Below, piece by piece: positions 13,839-23,994 of a stretch of DNA of 36,473 bases. Position 1 is the stretch's first letter. Each line of letters starts with the position of its first letter. Under the pieces are notes generated by a model. It saw only the letters and a program-made list of their open reading frames with translations. It did no database searches and was not told where the DNA came from. Made by a program: the position numbers and the translations under genes. The DNA is from a virus. Lineage: Duplodnaviria > Caudoviricetes. The stretch lies in IMG/VR virus record IMGVR_UViG_3300032259_000010, positions 1 to 36,473 of that record; one strand, written 5' to 3'.

Positions 13839-16296
13839 ATGCTTGGAGAATAAAAACGTTGTCTCTTAGAATATACCTTATGGCCCCCGCGGCATCCACA
13901 AGATTGTTATGTTTCCAACGCAGCGTCTCCCCTGATACATTCCAGGCCATGTTAGACCTGAAATACTCAGGGTCGCTTCTTAGCAGTGCGGCTATGTTTA
14001 TTGTTGCCGGTAATGTTCCAACAGTCCATGTTATTTGTGTCTCTGTAACAGTGGTCGTGCTTCCATCATCCCCCACAAGTCTTATTTGCACAAACTGATT
14101 GCTGGTTTGAAAGCTTCCGCCTGTTGTAATCCAGGCTAGGCTTGTATCGTCTCTGTTGAAGCTGTTTTCACTTGTTCTAAACTGAATAACTACCGTTCCG
14201 GCAGAAACGGAAGGCGTTACTGTTACGCTCTTGCTGCCTGATTCTAGGCATTTAACAGGGCTGCTTGCTGTGTCGTTATCTTCTAGCTCAAGAGTACCCG
14301 TGTCGGCATCGCCTGTTATCGCTGCTGTACCGCCAAGAATCCACCAATCCCAGCTTTCATCATCTACAGCGGGAAAGGCCGTGTTGCCCCACCTATATTT
14401 TTTTGCTGGAATGCCGCATACAGCGTACATGTCGCCTATACGGTTATGACCTGCTGCCGTAAAGTTAACTCCGTCAGAGTCATAAGCTGCGGCTATGTCG
14501 TCATCTGTGCTACCTTCTGTGGCGTGACAAAGTTCTTGGTATGATGGGCAAAGCTGTATATTGTTATCAACACAAAACTTTCTATATGCAGCGTTTCTTA
14601 ATTTCGTCTGTTCTTGCTGTTGTTCCTTGGTTAGGCCGCTTGCAATAACTCCCTGTGTTGTTACAGGCGGTATTTCGCCTATAACCAAGGTTCGGGGCCA
14701 CACTTGCCCATCTACTTTTTTTCTTATAGCTTCCAGCGCTGCAAGTGCCTCAGCCTCCGTTACGTAAGCCGGTTCTGCCGACACATAGTCTTGGGTGCCC
14801 GCTACAATATAAACGCGTTCTCCGTTGTCTGGTATTCCGTCAGCAAGTATCCTAGTGTTAACGGCCTCCGTAGTATCACCTGGATTGCCTTTTTTGAGCA
14901 CATCAAAATCGCTCACAGCATCAAGGCGTGTCCATATGGTGGTACCTGCGCCTCCGGTGCCGTCTGCTATGTCGTCACCAACGCCAATACCGTCATAACT
15001 CCAATCTGACAAAACAACGTTATCTACCTGGTACACTAAGGATGTGCAGTCTGATTGCGCCTGGAAATAAAGACCGTCTGTGTGGGCCACAAGGTTATGT
15101 GTGTATACCTCTGTCCAGTTCGCGAAGGCCCCGCCCTTTATTTGAATACTTGCCTCTGATGCTCTACGCCATATAATCCTAATGCTGTAAGACGTGCTTG
15201 CCGCCACAGAATAGGAAGTTCCAACCGGAGCCCCGTTTCTCATTACAAGTATATTATTTGCTTGTGTTGGGTCAATATATAATTGTAGTTGCGTTGCCGC
15301 TGTAGTGGAAAGTGTGCTGCTGGCTATATATCCAATCAAAAAGCTTTGGTTTACCGCTCCCGTTATCGCTGGAATGGTTAAGTCAAAAGAGGCTCTTATA
15401 ACCTCGTAATAATTCTTATGAAAGGATATAATGCCGTTTGCGTTGTAGGCCCCTCCGCTGGCTATATTCAGGACTCCCCCTGATTCTGTAATATTTCCGC
15501 CGGTATCTATCGTTTTCCACTGGTCGTCTCTTATCTGGTTGTCGGCGAAGGTATCACTTAGTATTAATCTACTTGGTGGCTCGTCGGCAGAAAAAGAACC
15601 TCCTAGTGTGGTTCCGTGATTTCCGCTACCTGACTGGTCTTGAAAGTCACCATTAAAAATTAAGTGTAGCTTTAGGTTTGCGGCTTGTGGGATGGTTCCG
15701 AAGGTGCGTATTGTTTCTATCTGCGCGGCGGAAAGCTGTGTATTGTGAATTGTTACGAGCCCGCAACTACCGTCAGTAAAGTACCTTGCCGGAAAGTCAC
15801 CATAGTTAGACATAACATAAACCGGTTCGCTGTTATCGCCTATTGTTGAAGCTCCTGCCGTTATAGAGTTTTCTTGTACATCATCAACATAGACATACAT
15901 GGTACCGCCTTGCTTCCAAGAGCAAGCAAGGAAATACCATCTACCAGGAACCCAGTTAGTTGTTGTGCTTTGAATCGTAGCTCCGCCCCCGCCCTGAACA
16001 AGAAGCTCTAGCTTGCCGTTAAATCCGGTATTTGTAACATCAAAACCAAATAGCCAGTCTCCGTTATTTCCTGTCGGCTTGTTTTTAGAGACTAATGCTC
16101 TGCCTCTTGGCCTTGCTGTATTTACAGGCTGGTTTAACTTCCAATAACCGCAAACGGTAAGTTCTGTGAGGTTGGCGAAGTCCGCGCCAGCGATAGAGAT
16201 TGTTTGCTCTTTCGCAGTGGTTCTATATGACGACGTGCCGTAATAATTATTACCCGACAGGTTATCTTGTTTTTCTTGCAGCGTTATGTCTGGCAT
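13837..16296 (-). CDS. Receptor-binding/tail protein: LamG (ConA-like) domain(s) plus a degenerate SGNH-hydrolase domain
   Basis: LTVCGYWK...GRWYFLACSW...VYVD...LSAAQI (LamG); GVGDDIADG, VAGTQD and DGVNFTAAGH (SGNH blocks). Confidence 0.75.
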   Translation of the reverse strand: MPDITLQEKQDNLSGNNYYGTSSYRTTAKEQTISIAGADFANLTELTVCGYWKLNQPVNTARPRGRALVSKNKPTGNNGDWLFGFDVTNTGFNGKLELLVQGGGGATIQSTTTNWVPGRWYFLACSWKQGGTMYVYVDDVQENSITAGASTIGDNSEPVYVMSNYGDFPARYFTDGSCGLVTIHNTQLSAAQIETIRTFGTIPQAANLKLHLIFNGDFQDQSGSGNHGTTLGGSFSADEPPSRLILSDTFADNQIRDDQWKTIDTGGNITESGGVLNIASGGAYNANGIISFHKNYYEVIRASFDLTIPAITGAVNQSFLIGYIASSTLSTTAATQLQLYIDPTQANNILVMRNGAPVGTSYSVAASTSYSIRIIWRRASEASIQIKGGAFANWTEVYTHNLVAHTDGLYFQAQSDCTSLVYQVDNVVLSDWSYDGIGVGDDIADGTGGAGTTIWTRLDAVSDFDVLKKGNPGDTTEAVNTRILADGIPDNGERVYIVAGTQDYVSAEPAYVTEAEALAALEAIRKKVDGQVWPRTLVIGEIPPVTTQGVIASGLTKEQQQEQTKLRNAAYRKFCVDNNIQLCPSYQELCHATEGSTDDDIAAAYDSDGVNFTAAGHNRIGDMYAVCGIPAKKYRWGNTAFPAVDDESWDWWILGGTAAITGDADTGTLELEDNDTASSPVKCLESGSKSVTVTPSVSAGTVVIQFRTSENSFNRDDTSLAWITTGGSFQTSNQFVQIRLVGDDGSTTTVTETQITWTVGTLPATINIAALLRSDPEYFRSNMAWNVSGETLRWKHNNLVDAAGAIRYILRDNVFILQA

Positions 16297-16304
16297 AACA
16301 CCTC

Positions 16305-17261
16305 CTATGCTGCCGTTGCGTAAAAACAGTTCGCTATGTCTGTTGTGCTTGAGGGTTCGTGCGCGCCTTCGTATTCTGCTGTGATTAAATACTTAGTGCC
16401 AACATTTAACCCTGTAAAGCTAAATGTGCCGCCAGAAGATATAATAAGCTGTGTAGAAGTAGGCGGCTGTGTTTCGTTCAGTTTTTGGTAGACGTTCATT
16501 CTCACTGGGAATAACTCGCAGTTAACTGCGTTGCCGTCAGCGTCTTTTATGGTGCCTGAGATTGTACCGGCTCCGCCAGCATCAGGGTGTTCAGAAACCG
16601 GAACTGTTATAGTGTCTGTAAGTCCCGCGTTAGGCAGTGCAGTGAATATATTTTCTGGTATAATATGTATTTCGTCAAGATAGCCGTTAACAAGGTCACT
16701 TCCTGAGCCGCCTTGTCCTATATATAATGTTCCTCCCGTACCAAAGGATACAGTATTGCTTGTGCTGTCATATCCTATTTGCGTGCCGTCAAGATATGCA
16801 CCGTATATAGTGCCTACTTTGCATATCGCGTAATGATGCCACAATGCATCTGCCACTATACCGCTTTGACTTGTCTCTATTTTAGCAGCCCCGCCGCCCT
16901 CGATGACGGACACAAGCCAGCCCGAAGCGGATTTATGGCGTATAAGCCACCTATTGTTTATGTCCACGAAGTAGGTTATGAAATAGTCGAACGCGTGTAC
17001 TGCGTTCATTTTGCACCAAAAATCAATAGTCCAGTCACTTGATACGGAGTTGAAAATGTCTGCAAAGTCGGCGTGTCCTGCCGCTGTAAGCCAGTCGCCC
17101 GTACCGTCCAGCATGCAGCTACCGGTACCAAACTTTTTGTTGGCCTGGTCTATTTGGGCGTTACCTGCTGGAGATATGCTGTGCGGAGTTGGCGAAGAAT
17201 CGGTAAATACCGTACTTGCGTCATTTCCGTTACAGTGTAGTAATAATCCTGGTTGTCCCAT
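16305..17261 (-). CDS. LamG-domain virion protein with a C-terminal beta-sandwich (carboxypeptidase-regulatory-like)
   Basis: LLLHCNG...KFGTGS...DWTIDFW...WHHYA...YLDG...GYLDEI; TISGTIKDADG...GTFSFTGL. Confidence 0.8.
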   Translation of the reverse strand: MGQPGLLLHCNGNDASTVFTDSSPTPHSISPAGNAQIDQANKKFGTGSCMLDGTGDWLTAAGHADFADIFNSVSSDWTIDFWCKMNAVHAFDYFITYFVDINNRWLIRHKSASGWLVSVIEGGGAAKIETSQSGIVADALWHHYAICKVGTIYGAYLDGTQIGYDSTSNTVSFGTGGTLYIGQGGSGSDLVNGYLDEIHIIPENIFTALPNAGLTDTITVPVSEHPDAGGAGTISGTIKDADGNAVNCELFPVRMNVYQKLNETQPPTSTQLIISSGGTFSFTGLNVGTKYLITAEYEGAHEPSSTTDIANCFYATAA

Positions 17262-17270
17262 TTTGTGCCT

Positions 17271-17522
17271 CTAAATATGTTTTGCAATGCGCGCCATAAT
17301 ATCCCTGACAGCTATAAAAAACGTGCTGGATATCATCCCTACTAATATTCTTGTGTGGAAAGTTTGGTTTTTTTCGTGTTCCACAAACCTTACCTCTATA
17401 GTGTTAACATCTTTCTCGTTCTTCCTGATTCTGTCGTCATGTGACGCTAGTCTATCAACAAGGTCTTTTCTTAGACCCTTCATCTCATCGAGCAATAATC
17501 TGGTTATTTCCTGGTCGTCCAT
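17271..17522 (-). CDS. Small coiled-coil protein with a C-terminal TM helix (holin/XhlA-like candidate)
   Basis: Coiled-coil N-terminus, then ILVGMISSTFFIAV. Confidence 0.55.
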   Translation of the reverse strand: MDDQEITRLLLDEMKGLRKDLVDRLASHDDRIRKNEKDVNTIEVRFVEHEKNQTFHTRILVGMISSTFFIAVRDIMARIAKHI

Positions 17523-19666
17523 TATTTGAATCCGGTTTCTTTGGAGACGGCCTTTCTGCCCCTGACTTCTGTTTTAAAAAAGTTCTCTTCGTTAATTATC
17601 TTTACCAGTGCTTGCCTGGCTACAGCCTTTGTAATGTTCTGTGCTTTTGGGGATAAATCTACAAACCCGTCTACAAGATATCTCCTTATGGGTTTTGATT
17701 GGTACACCCTTGCTATTATTGCCGGTGTCAACAATGCCCCTACTGCTACCTCTGGCCCTCCGTACATGCTGCCACCGGCAGCAGCGGCAAGAAGCTGCAC
17801 CTTTGTCATTACGCCGCCAGTACCAGAAGGGTTTCCACCCAGTGCGGCCACATCTGTAGACTTAAACAGCTTTCCTATGGATGCGAAGTTTTCAAGAATC
17901 TCTATGTCTTCCGGGTCATCAAAAACCGTTTTTAGTGCGTCTTTGTCGAATTTATTAATGATATCACTGAGTTTATTAGGATTTATCCTTGTTGTTCCGT
18001 CTGGAAGCTTGTCTGATGCCTGCTTGACGAAGTCAGCCATTACATAACTTTTTATTTCATGCCAATTTTCTTTGCCAACGATAGCTTTCATTGCTTCCGG
18101 CTTTGCTATCTTGTCTTTACCTAGAAACATTCTTGGTATGTCTTCGTGGGCTATTTTGCCAGCCTTGAGATTATTTATAAAGTTTCCAAGAACAGGGTCA
18201 AAGATTTCATCCATCTCCTTTTTGTACCAACCGTTGGCTTTCCTTAGGCCGGCTATAATATCACCGGCTTTATTTTCTATCGCCCACAGTTCCACGTCTT
18301 TTTGTAGAGCACTGTCAAGCAGCCCTATGTGGTACTTATCTTTGGATATAAACTGTTTTATATCCCGTCCTTTCTTAAGTAGATTACTTCTGTAGTCGGC
18401 GAAGTTTTTTAATGTCATGGATGTTTCGCCATCGATGATTCTCTTTAAGAACTTATGTATAACGCTGCCTTCTCCGCCTGCGTTAAGAATGTCACGCTCC
18501 AAGCCCTTTGCTACTCTTGCGGCATTTGCAAAGTCTATTGTTTCGCTACTTAGTCCCCTACTGGAAACCTTATTCCATAGAGAATTGTAAAGCAGGCCTG
18601 CTTGCCTGGCCCTTGCCGCAAGCCTTGAGTCAACCGCGGACTCTATGTGCCTTCCAAGTGCTTTCTTTGACATTTCCAGGTTGAACTTATTGCCTACAGA
18701 CCTATTGACGAATTCTCCGAATGACTCAACGCCAGAGGCTTTAATATCTCCTGCGACATCCGAAAGAGGAAATCTTGATACAAGATTCTCTCCCTTAATA
18801 ACACCTATTGAATTAGTAGCCTGTCCGACTGTTAGAGGTATATTTTCCTTTTTGGCAAGCTCTGTTACCTTCTTTAGCCCAGGCTTAACGGCAAGCGGTT
18901 TTAATACCTTTTTGGCAATACCAGAAACCCCTCTGCCTATAAGCTCTCCCGCGGCCCCTTTTCCGAATTCTTCTACTGGATTAAATTCTTCCACTGGGCC
19001 TATTAACGCCTGAACAAGCCTTCTTGCTCCTGAGCCGACAACCTGCGCTGCGCCTTGGGCTGCTATCTCGCCAGCTATAAAGCCCTTTGTCGCCCCTGCC
19101 GCTATCCCGCCAGGGCCGGCGGCTGAACCAAGAGAACCCCCAATGGCGGTCATACCCATTTGTGCGGCAATACCAGCGGATACCTCAGGGATATCCCCAA
19201 CGATATCAAGCATGTCGTTAAAAGATATTCCGCTTTCGTCAAATTGTGTCCATTTTTTTGTATGCGGGCTTTTAAACTGAATAGCACCGTCACTCATTCT
19301 TACGTTGCCGGTTCCATATTTTTGTTTAAGGAACGTAATTTTCCCTTCGTCAGTGGCGTAGAAGCTTGCAAGCGTTCTTTCCCACGCTGGGGCACCGGTT
19401 GTCACGTCAACCCCTGCGGGTGGACGCGGAGCCTGTCTTGTAAGCGAAGGTGGTAACTGTAACCCTTTACCCACAATAGCTTGCCCTATTTGACCAGGGC
19501 TACCCATTGGTTGTGTTTGTTGTTTTGCAAGGAAGTCTATAACGGAATCAACAGACGCACTTGGATTAATGTCCGAGACTTTAACGCCTCTCGTTTTGGC
19601 AAGATATGAGACAATTTTCTTGTCGTCCCATCCTTGCTGTCTTGCTTTTTCTACATTAAACGGCAT
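17522..19666 (-). CDS. Internal virion / DNA ejection protein
   Basis: MPFNVEKARQQGWDDKKIVSYL N-terminus, Gly/Ala-rich hydrophobic segments, large helical body, last in the ejection cluster. Confidence 0.7.
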   Translation of the reverse strand: MPFNVEKARQQGWDDKKIVSYLAKTRGVKVSDINPSASVDSVIDFLAKQQTQPMGSPGQIGQAIVGKGLQLPPSLTRQAPRPPAGVDVTTGAPAWERTLASFYATDEGKITFLKQKYGTGNVRMSDGAIQFKSPHTKKWTQFDESGISFNDMLDIVGDIPEVSAGIAAQMGMTAIGGSLGSAAGPGGIAAGATKGFIAGEIAAQGAAQVVGSGARRLVQALIGPVEEFNPVEEFGKGAAGELIGRGVSGIAKKVLKPLAVKPGLKKVTELAKKENIPLTVGQATNSIGVIKGENLVSRFPLSDVAGDIKASGVESFGEFVNRSVGNKFNLEMSKKALGRHIESAVDSRLAARARQAGLLYNSLWNKVSSRGLSSETIDFANAARVAKGLERDILNAGGEGSVIHKFLKRIIDGETSMTLKNFADYRSNLLKKGRDIKQFISKDKYHIGLLDSALQKDVELWAIENKAGDIIAGLRKANGWYKKEMDEIFDPVLGNFINNLKAGKIAHEDIPRMFLGKDKIAKPEAMKAIVGKENWHEIKSYVMADFVKQASDKLPDGTTRINPNKLSDIINKFDKDALKTVFDDPEDIEILENFASIGKLFKSTDVAALGGNPSGTGGVMTKVQLLAAAAGGSMYGGPEVAVGALLTPAIIARVYQSKPIRRYLVDGFVDLSPKAQNITKAVARQALVKIINEENFFKTEVRGRKAVSKETGFK

Positions 19667-19669
19667 TTT

Positions 19670-22045
19670 TCATTCCTCCAAGGCGGCCCCTTCTTGCAGT
19701 GTCTGGCTGTCTACAATTCCAAGAGCGCCAATGGTTCCCTGCTCGATAATTCCTGGAACCTCGTCTCTGAGTAGGGCATCAACATTTGTCATTATACCTG
19801 TTGGCTGTAAAGAGAACTCCTGTAGCGTGTTCAGCTTTATTTTTAGGTGTCTCTTTATAATTTTCCTTAGTTCTTTTGCTTTTGCCATATATGCTTGCGG
19901 CGAGTCCCCCGTGTTTGGTAGGGCTTTCTTGAATCTCAACTCTTCCCATCTTGTTACCTGCGAGCCGGAAGCTGATTTTAAGTACTTATTGTAAAATGTT
20001 TGTGTTGCAGTCTTGAATCTCACAAACTCAGGGTCGTCAAACTGTAGCTTTTCCCTGATATAGTTAACTGCGTTGTTACCATATCCCACCATGTTCTGTA
20101 TGGTACTGCCATACCCGCCTATAATGGCGTTCAGGTCTGCAAGCTGTATCTTGCTATCATTTATGAAGTCCACTGTTCTCTGACTTCTAACCCTAACATC
20201 TTTAATCGTGTCCTTTGTGACGAAGTCTTCCGGTGGAGGCTCTCCGTTAAACGCCCCAACCGCTGCGTCTCTGGCTTCTTTTCCTGTAATTGGCCTTACT
20301 GTCCCATCCGGTAGTTTTTTTGCAAAATTCTTAAGGATATTATTTGTTTCTTTTATTATGTCTTTGTTGCTTGTGGCCGCCTTATCAGGCTTAATCGTGT
20401 CCTTTGTAACGAAGTCTTCCGGTAGAGGCTCTCCGTTAAACGCCCCAACCGCTGCGTCTCTGGCTTCTTTTCCTGTAATTGGCCTTGCTGTCCCATCCGG
20501 TAGTTTTTTTGCAAAATTCTTAAGGATATTATTTGTTTCTTTTATTATGTCTTTGTTGCTTGTGGCCGCCTTATCAGGCTTGCCTATGGTGATACCAGGC
20601 TTGCCTATAGTAATATCAGGCTTGCCTATAGTAATATCTTGGAAAGCCTCTGGAATCTCTCCGGTTTTACTGAACTCCTTTATTGCCATAAAGGCCAGTC
20701 CGGCATTGATTTTTTTTCCTTCGCTTGTCCTTCCTTCTTCTGCCAGCGTTTTAGCTAGCTCAAACATTCTTTCGTTTGAGGTATTCTGGAGGTTAATTGC
20801 CAGTTTTTCTCTCTCTAGCTCTTCTTTTTTCCTGAATCTAAGAAACTCGTTTGCAGCCTTTTCTTTGTCTAGTTTTAGTCTGCCTTCCTCTTCAGATTTT
20901 TTCTGCAAAAAACTCATCCAATCAATAGCGATAGACATTTTTTGCTTTTCGGCCTTTAGGGCAAACTCTCTTTCTCCTGTGTATGCCTTATATATCTCTA
21001 TACCGGCCCTTATTGCCTCTGACTTGTCTTTGAAGCCTGTTTTTGATAGAACATCATTTGTTAAGCGTTTCTCTGCATTACCAAGCAATATCTTTTCTGT
21101 TTCCGCCCTTCTTTTGGCTGCCTTTCCTGTGAATTCGGCAACTTCCTCTGCCGCCTTCTTTACTTTAAACGGAAGAACTGCTTCTCTTTCTTTTATTTTT
21201 GATAATGAATCAAGGATATCCGTATCTATCCTTCTTATCTCGGCAGGCCTTCTTTCTCTTGTGTCGATTATTCTTTCTTTCGTTAAGCCTGTTTCGGTTT
21301 CAATCTTAGCTCTTCTCGCTGGAAGCAGCGCTGCTTCTGTTTCTGTCTTTTGTAGTATATTCTGCGTTTCCGCTATAAGCTTATTCGCTTCTTCCGGTGC
21401 TGTTTTCATAAGCCTCATTGCTTGGGCAATGTTTTTTGATGCCGTCCCAAGCTGGCTTTGCGCTCTCGCTTCTTTGAGTCTCGTTGTGGCTTCTTTTTCT
21501 TCAATCTCAGACGGAAGCAATCCCGCTATTCTCTGTGCTTCCTGTTCTGCCTTTTCTGCCTGTGCAGATTTTAATCTTGCTGATGGCTGAGCGCCCATCA
21601 CCCCTTCAAAGCCGCTTACGATTTCGGAGAACTTCGGCTGTCTGGCAGGTGCTTGCTGAAACTTACCGCCGGTATAAACGCTTGTCCCAGGTTGAACCAA
21701 TAGTGATTGTCTGGCAGGTGCCTGCTGAAAGCCGCCGCCGGTATAAATACTTGCCCCAGGCGCTGATTTCATTATTGCGTCAAGCAAGACTTTTCCTTGT
21801 GGTGTGGCAAGTCTGCTACCCGCTGGAACCTGTAATGGCTGACTTGCTTTGAATTGTTCCAACGCAAGAGCCTGTCTTACCTTCTGCTGCTCCACTTGCT
21901 GGGCTAACAAACTTTTTAGTTTCGCAGCTTCTAATTGCTGCTGCAAATTTCTTTTAGCCTGTTCTCTGGCAATAAATGGCTGTGCAAGCTGTCCTGCCCC
22001 GCTTATTAGTCCGCTTAGTATTGCTAGGTCTTTAGTTGATGCCAT
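19670..22045 (-). CDS. Internal virion / DNA ejection protein with internal tandem repeats
   Basis: Long coiled coil; SGSQVT..E..RF...LP motif near the C-terminus; 63-aa, 23-aa and 7-aa repeats. Confidence 0.7.
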   Translation of the reverse strand: MASTKDLAILSGLISGAGQLAQPFIAREQAKRNLQQQLEAAKLKSLLAQQVEQQKVRQALALEQFKASQPLQVPAGSRLATPQGKVLLDAIMKSAPGASIYTGGGFQQAPARQSLLVQPGTSVYTGGKFQQAPARQPKFSEIVSGFEGVMGAQPSARLKSAQAEKAEQEAQRIAGLLPSEIEEKEATTRLKEARAQSQLGTASKNIAQAMRLMKTAPEEANKLIAETQNILQKTETEAALLPARRAKIETETGLTKERIIDTRERRPAEIRRIDTDILDSLSKIKEREAVLPFKVKKAAEEVAEFTGKAAKRRAETEKILLGNAEKRLTNDVLSKTGFKDKSEAIRAGIEIYKAYTGEREFALKAEKQKMSIAIDWMSFLQKKSEEEGRLKLDKEKAANEFLRFRKKEELEREKLAINLQNTSNERMFELAKTLAEEGRTSEGKKINAGLAFMAIKEFSKTGEIPEAFQDITIGKPDITIGKPGITIGKPDKAATSNKDIIKETNNILKNFAKKLPDGTARPITGKEARDAAVGAFNGEPLPEDFVTKDTIKPDKAATSNKDIIKETNNILKNFAKKLPDGTVRPITGKEARDAAVGAFNGEPPPEDFVTKDTIKDVRVRSQRTVDFINDSKIQLADLNAIIGGYGSTIQNMVGYGNNAVNYIREKLQFDDPEFVRFKTATQTFYNKYLKSASGSQVTRWEELRFKKALPNTGDSPQAYMAKAKELRKIIKRHLKIKLNTLQEFSLQPTGIMTNVDALLRDEVPGIIEQGTIGALGIVDSQTLQEGAALEE
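20202..20638. repeat. 189-bp tandem duplication plus three 21-bp repeats
   Basis: Units start at 20202 and 20391; the 21-bp units encode ITIGKP(D/G). Confidence 0.92.
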
Positions 22046-22046
22046 G

Positions 22047-23168
22047 TTAATACCCTCTTATCGCTCTAAGATAGAGAGGCTCATCTTGCAACTCCATCGG
22101 CTGAGCAGTTAAACCAAGAAAGGATAATGTTCCGCCAGCAGGTGTCCCGAATCCCTGCGGCAGAACTCCAAGACCTCCCGTTGCTGTAGTCAAAGACCTC
22201 TGCCCTCTTGATGGCAATGTACTACCTGCCCATTCTTCGGGGTTTTCTAGGAAAAATACACCCTCAAATTCTTTTGATATATCACCTAAATCGTAGCCGG
22301 ACAAATCGGCTGGCTGTTCTGATATAGAGCGTAACATTTCCTCTATGGGCTGCCCCTTGTATTCCTCTAAGAGCGGGCCCATCCCAAGGCTTATGTTCCC
22401 GCCTCGTAACATGCCTGGCGTGAACTCTCCTTTTATTTGCTCAATATCCGGTATATCGAGACTTTTCGCATAATCAATCATAGCTTCGCCTGGGTTGCCG
22501 AATTCTTCTAACGTTATAGACGGATTTATTGCCTTCTCTATCTGAAAAGCAACATTCCTGTCCATGTCGTTAATAATTTTAACTCTGTCTAACAACTCTT
22601 CTTTGAGTTCGCCAGAGTTGCCGAATTCAAATATATTAGGAATATCTGTTATGCGCTCCAGGTCTTCTCTGGATAGCGCCTCAAGCTCTTTCTCCCATAG
22701 GGGCCCAGCAAGTGACTGTCTTGTTTTCTGCTCAATAGCAACAGGGCTTTTAGACATATCCCAATCGCCCGTAATTGCGCTGTACGTCCCCTCGCCAACA
22801 TTCCTTAATATCTCACCAACCATTCCGGCTATCGGGCTTCCTGCTGCGGCACCTCCGATAACCGACGATAACATACCTGCGTCACCCTCAGTACCTATCC
22901 CTGCGGCTCCGCCAACCATCCTTGCAATCTGCCCTCCTGTAGCGCCAGCAGCGAAACCAGGCACAGCCGCAGCGAATGGCTTAGATATCCCTTTTTGAAC
23001 CAAGGCACTACCAAGCGTTCCTGCTGCTTGTGAATAAGGGGAAGCCGCGGAGGAAGACGGCGACACCCCCGCGGCCTGACGTGCAGGTGTTGATTGCACA
23101 CCGCTTGGTTGCCCAAACGGAGTGTAAGCCCTGCTAAATGGTCTATATGCTGAGTAATGACTGGGCAT
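22047..23168 (-). CDS. Probable internal virion / ejection protein
   Basis: Gly/Ala-rich N-terminal half; position in the cluster. Confidence 0.55.
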   Translation of the reverse strand: MPSHYSAYRPFSRAYTPFGQPSGVQSTPARQAAGVSPSSSAASPYSQAAGTLGSALVQKGISKPFAAAVPGFAAGATGGQIARMVGGAAGIGTEGDAGMLSSVIGGAAAGSPIAGMVGEILRNVGEGTYSAITGDWDMSKSPVAIEQKTRQSLAGPLWEKELEALSREDLERITDIPNIFEFGNSGELKEELLDRVKIINDMDRNVAFQIEKAINPSITLEEFGNPGEAMIDYAKSLDIPDIEQIKGEFTPGMLRGGNISLGMGPLLEEYKGQPIEEMLRSISEQPADLSGYDLGDISKEFEGVFFLENPEEWAGSTLPSRGQRSLTTATGGLGVLPQGFGTPAGGTLSFLGLTAQPMELQDEPLYLRAIRGY

Positions 23169-23171
23169 TTT

Positions 23172-23993
23172 TTAACCCTTATGGTTCGCCTTTGTGTAAG
23201 CATATGCCTCAGCAAAGTTATTAAACTTAGGCATTCCGCCAGACGTATTAGTACTCGCGCGATTATTGGCTCTAAGCACACCGCTTGCAGGCTTTTGCTT
23301 GTTGACTATCTGCCTGTCGCTGTTTGCCTTTTTGGCTGCAAGGTTGTTCTGTATTTTTTTTCCTGCCACTACCTGAACTGCTGTATACGCAAAGTTGGCC
23401 CTTTTCTGTGGGTCTGTCGGTATATGTTCGGTAGACAGCCCCATGCTGTTTAGGTATTCGCTTATGGCCTGCTGCGTTTCACTCTGTGTTAATCCGGTTT
23501 TTTCTGTTATCGCACCAAGTATTCTATTGTCTGTGCTAACAAGCCCTTGCTGCTGCTGTGCCTGTTGTTGCTGCTGCATTGCCTGTAATGTCTGTGTGAC
23601 CTGGTTTAGCTGTGTTTGGAACTGATTTAACGGGTTTCCGAGTTCATCGCCCCAGTCTTTTGTGAAGTCAACAGCTGGTTCCGGCTCTGGTTGTGCTGCC
23701 TGCGGGTTTCCTCCATACAGATAATTATTTACAGCCTCTATTGCTGTTGGGTCGCCTGACCTTGCAGCCTGAACAAGCTGGTCTAGCGTGTCGGCCTTCT
23801 GTGCGTAGCCCGTTATCTGCTCTGGTGTGTACTGCGGTACTACCGGCTCTACCGGTTCGGTCTTTGGTGTTTCTACGGTCTCAACCGGCTCTGTTTCTGT
23901 AGGTTCCTGATAGTCCTCCGTAGAATTGGTTGTAATATCTTCCGGCATTTCACCTGTTATACTTACGTTTTCTTCTGTTCCTTCAAATTCCAT
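23172..23993 (-). CDS. Capsid scaffolding protein
   Basis: Acidic, Pro-rich N-terminus, Gln-rich coiled coil, C-terminal ...FNNFAEAYAY helix; directly follows the portal. Confidence 0.7.
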   Translation of the reverse strand: MEFEGTEENVSITGEMPEDITTNSTEDYQEPTETEPVETVETPKTEPVEPVVPQYTPEQITGYAQKADTLDQLVQAARSGDPTAIEAVNNYLYGGNPQAAQPEPEPAVDFTKDWGDELGNPLNQFQTQLNQVTQTLQAMQQQQQAQQQQGLVSTDNRILGAITEKTGLTQSETQQAISEYLNSMGLSTEHIPTDPQKRANFAYTAVQVVAGKKIQNNLAAKKANSDRQIVNKQKPASGVLRANNRASTNTSGGMPKFNNFAEAYAYTKANHKG

Positions 23994-23994
23994 T

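Noticed and set aside
13837-17261. A DGR template/variable repeat pair in the tail genes
   Set aside because: I found no near-duplicate segment differing at adenines, and no RT-like ORF (no YxDD in an RT context) anywhere in the genome.
20208-21590. 460-aa plus-strand ORF and similar long antisense ORFs across the late arm
   Set aside because: These are Ser/Phe/Leu-rich in-register shadows of Lys/Glu-rich genes on the opposite strand and have no RBS.
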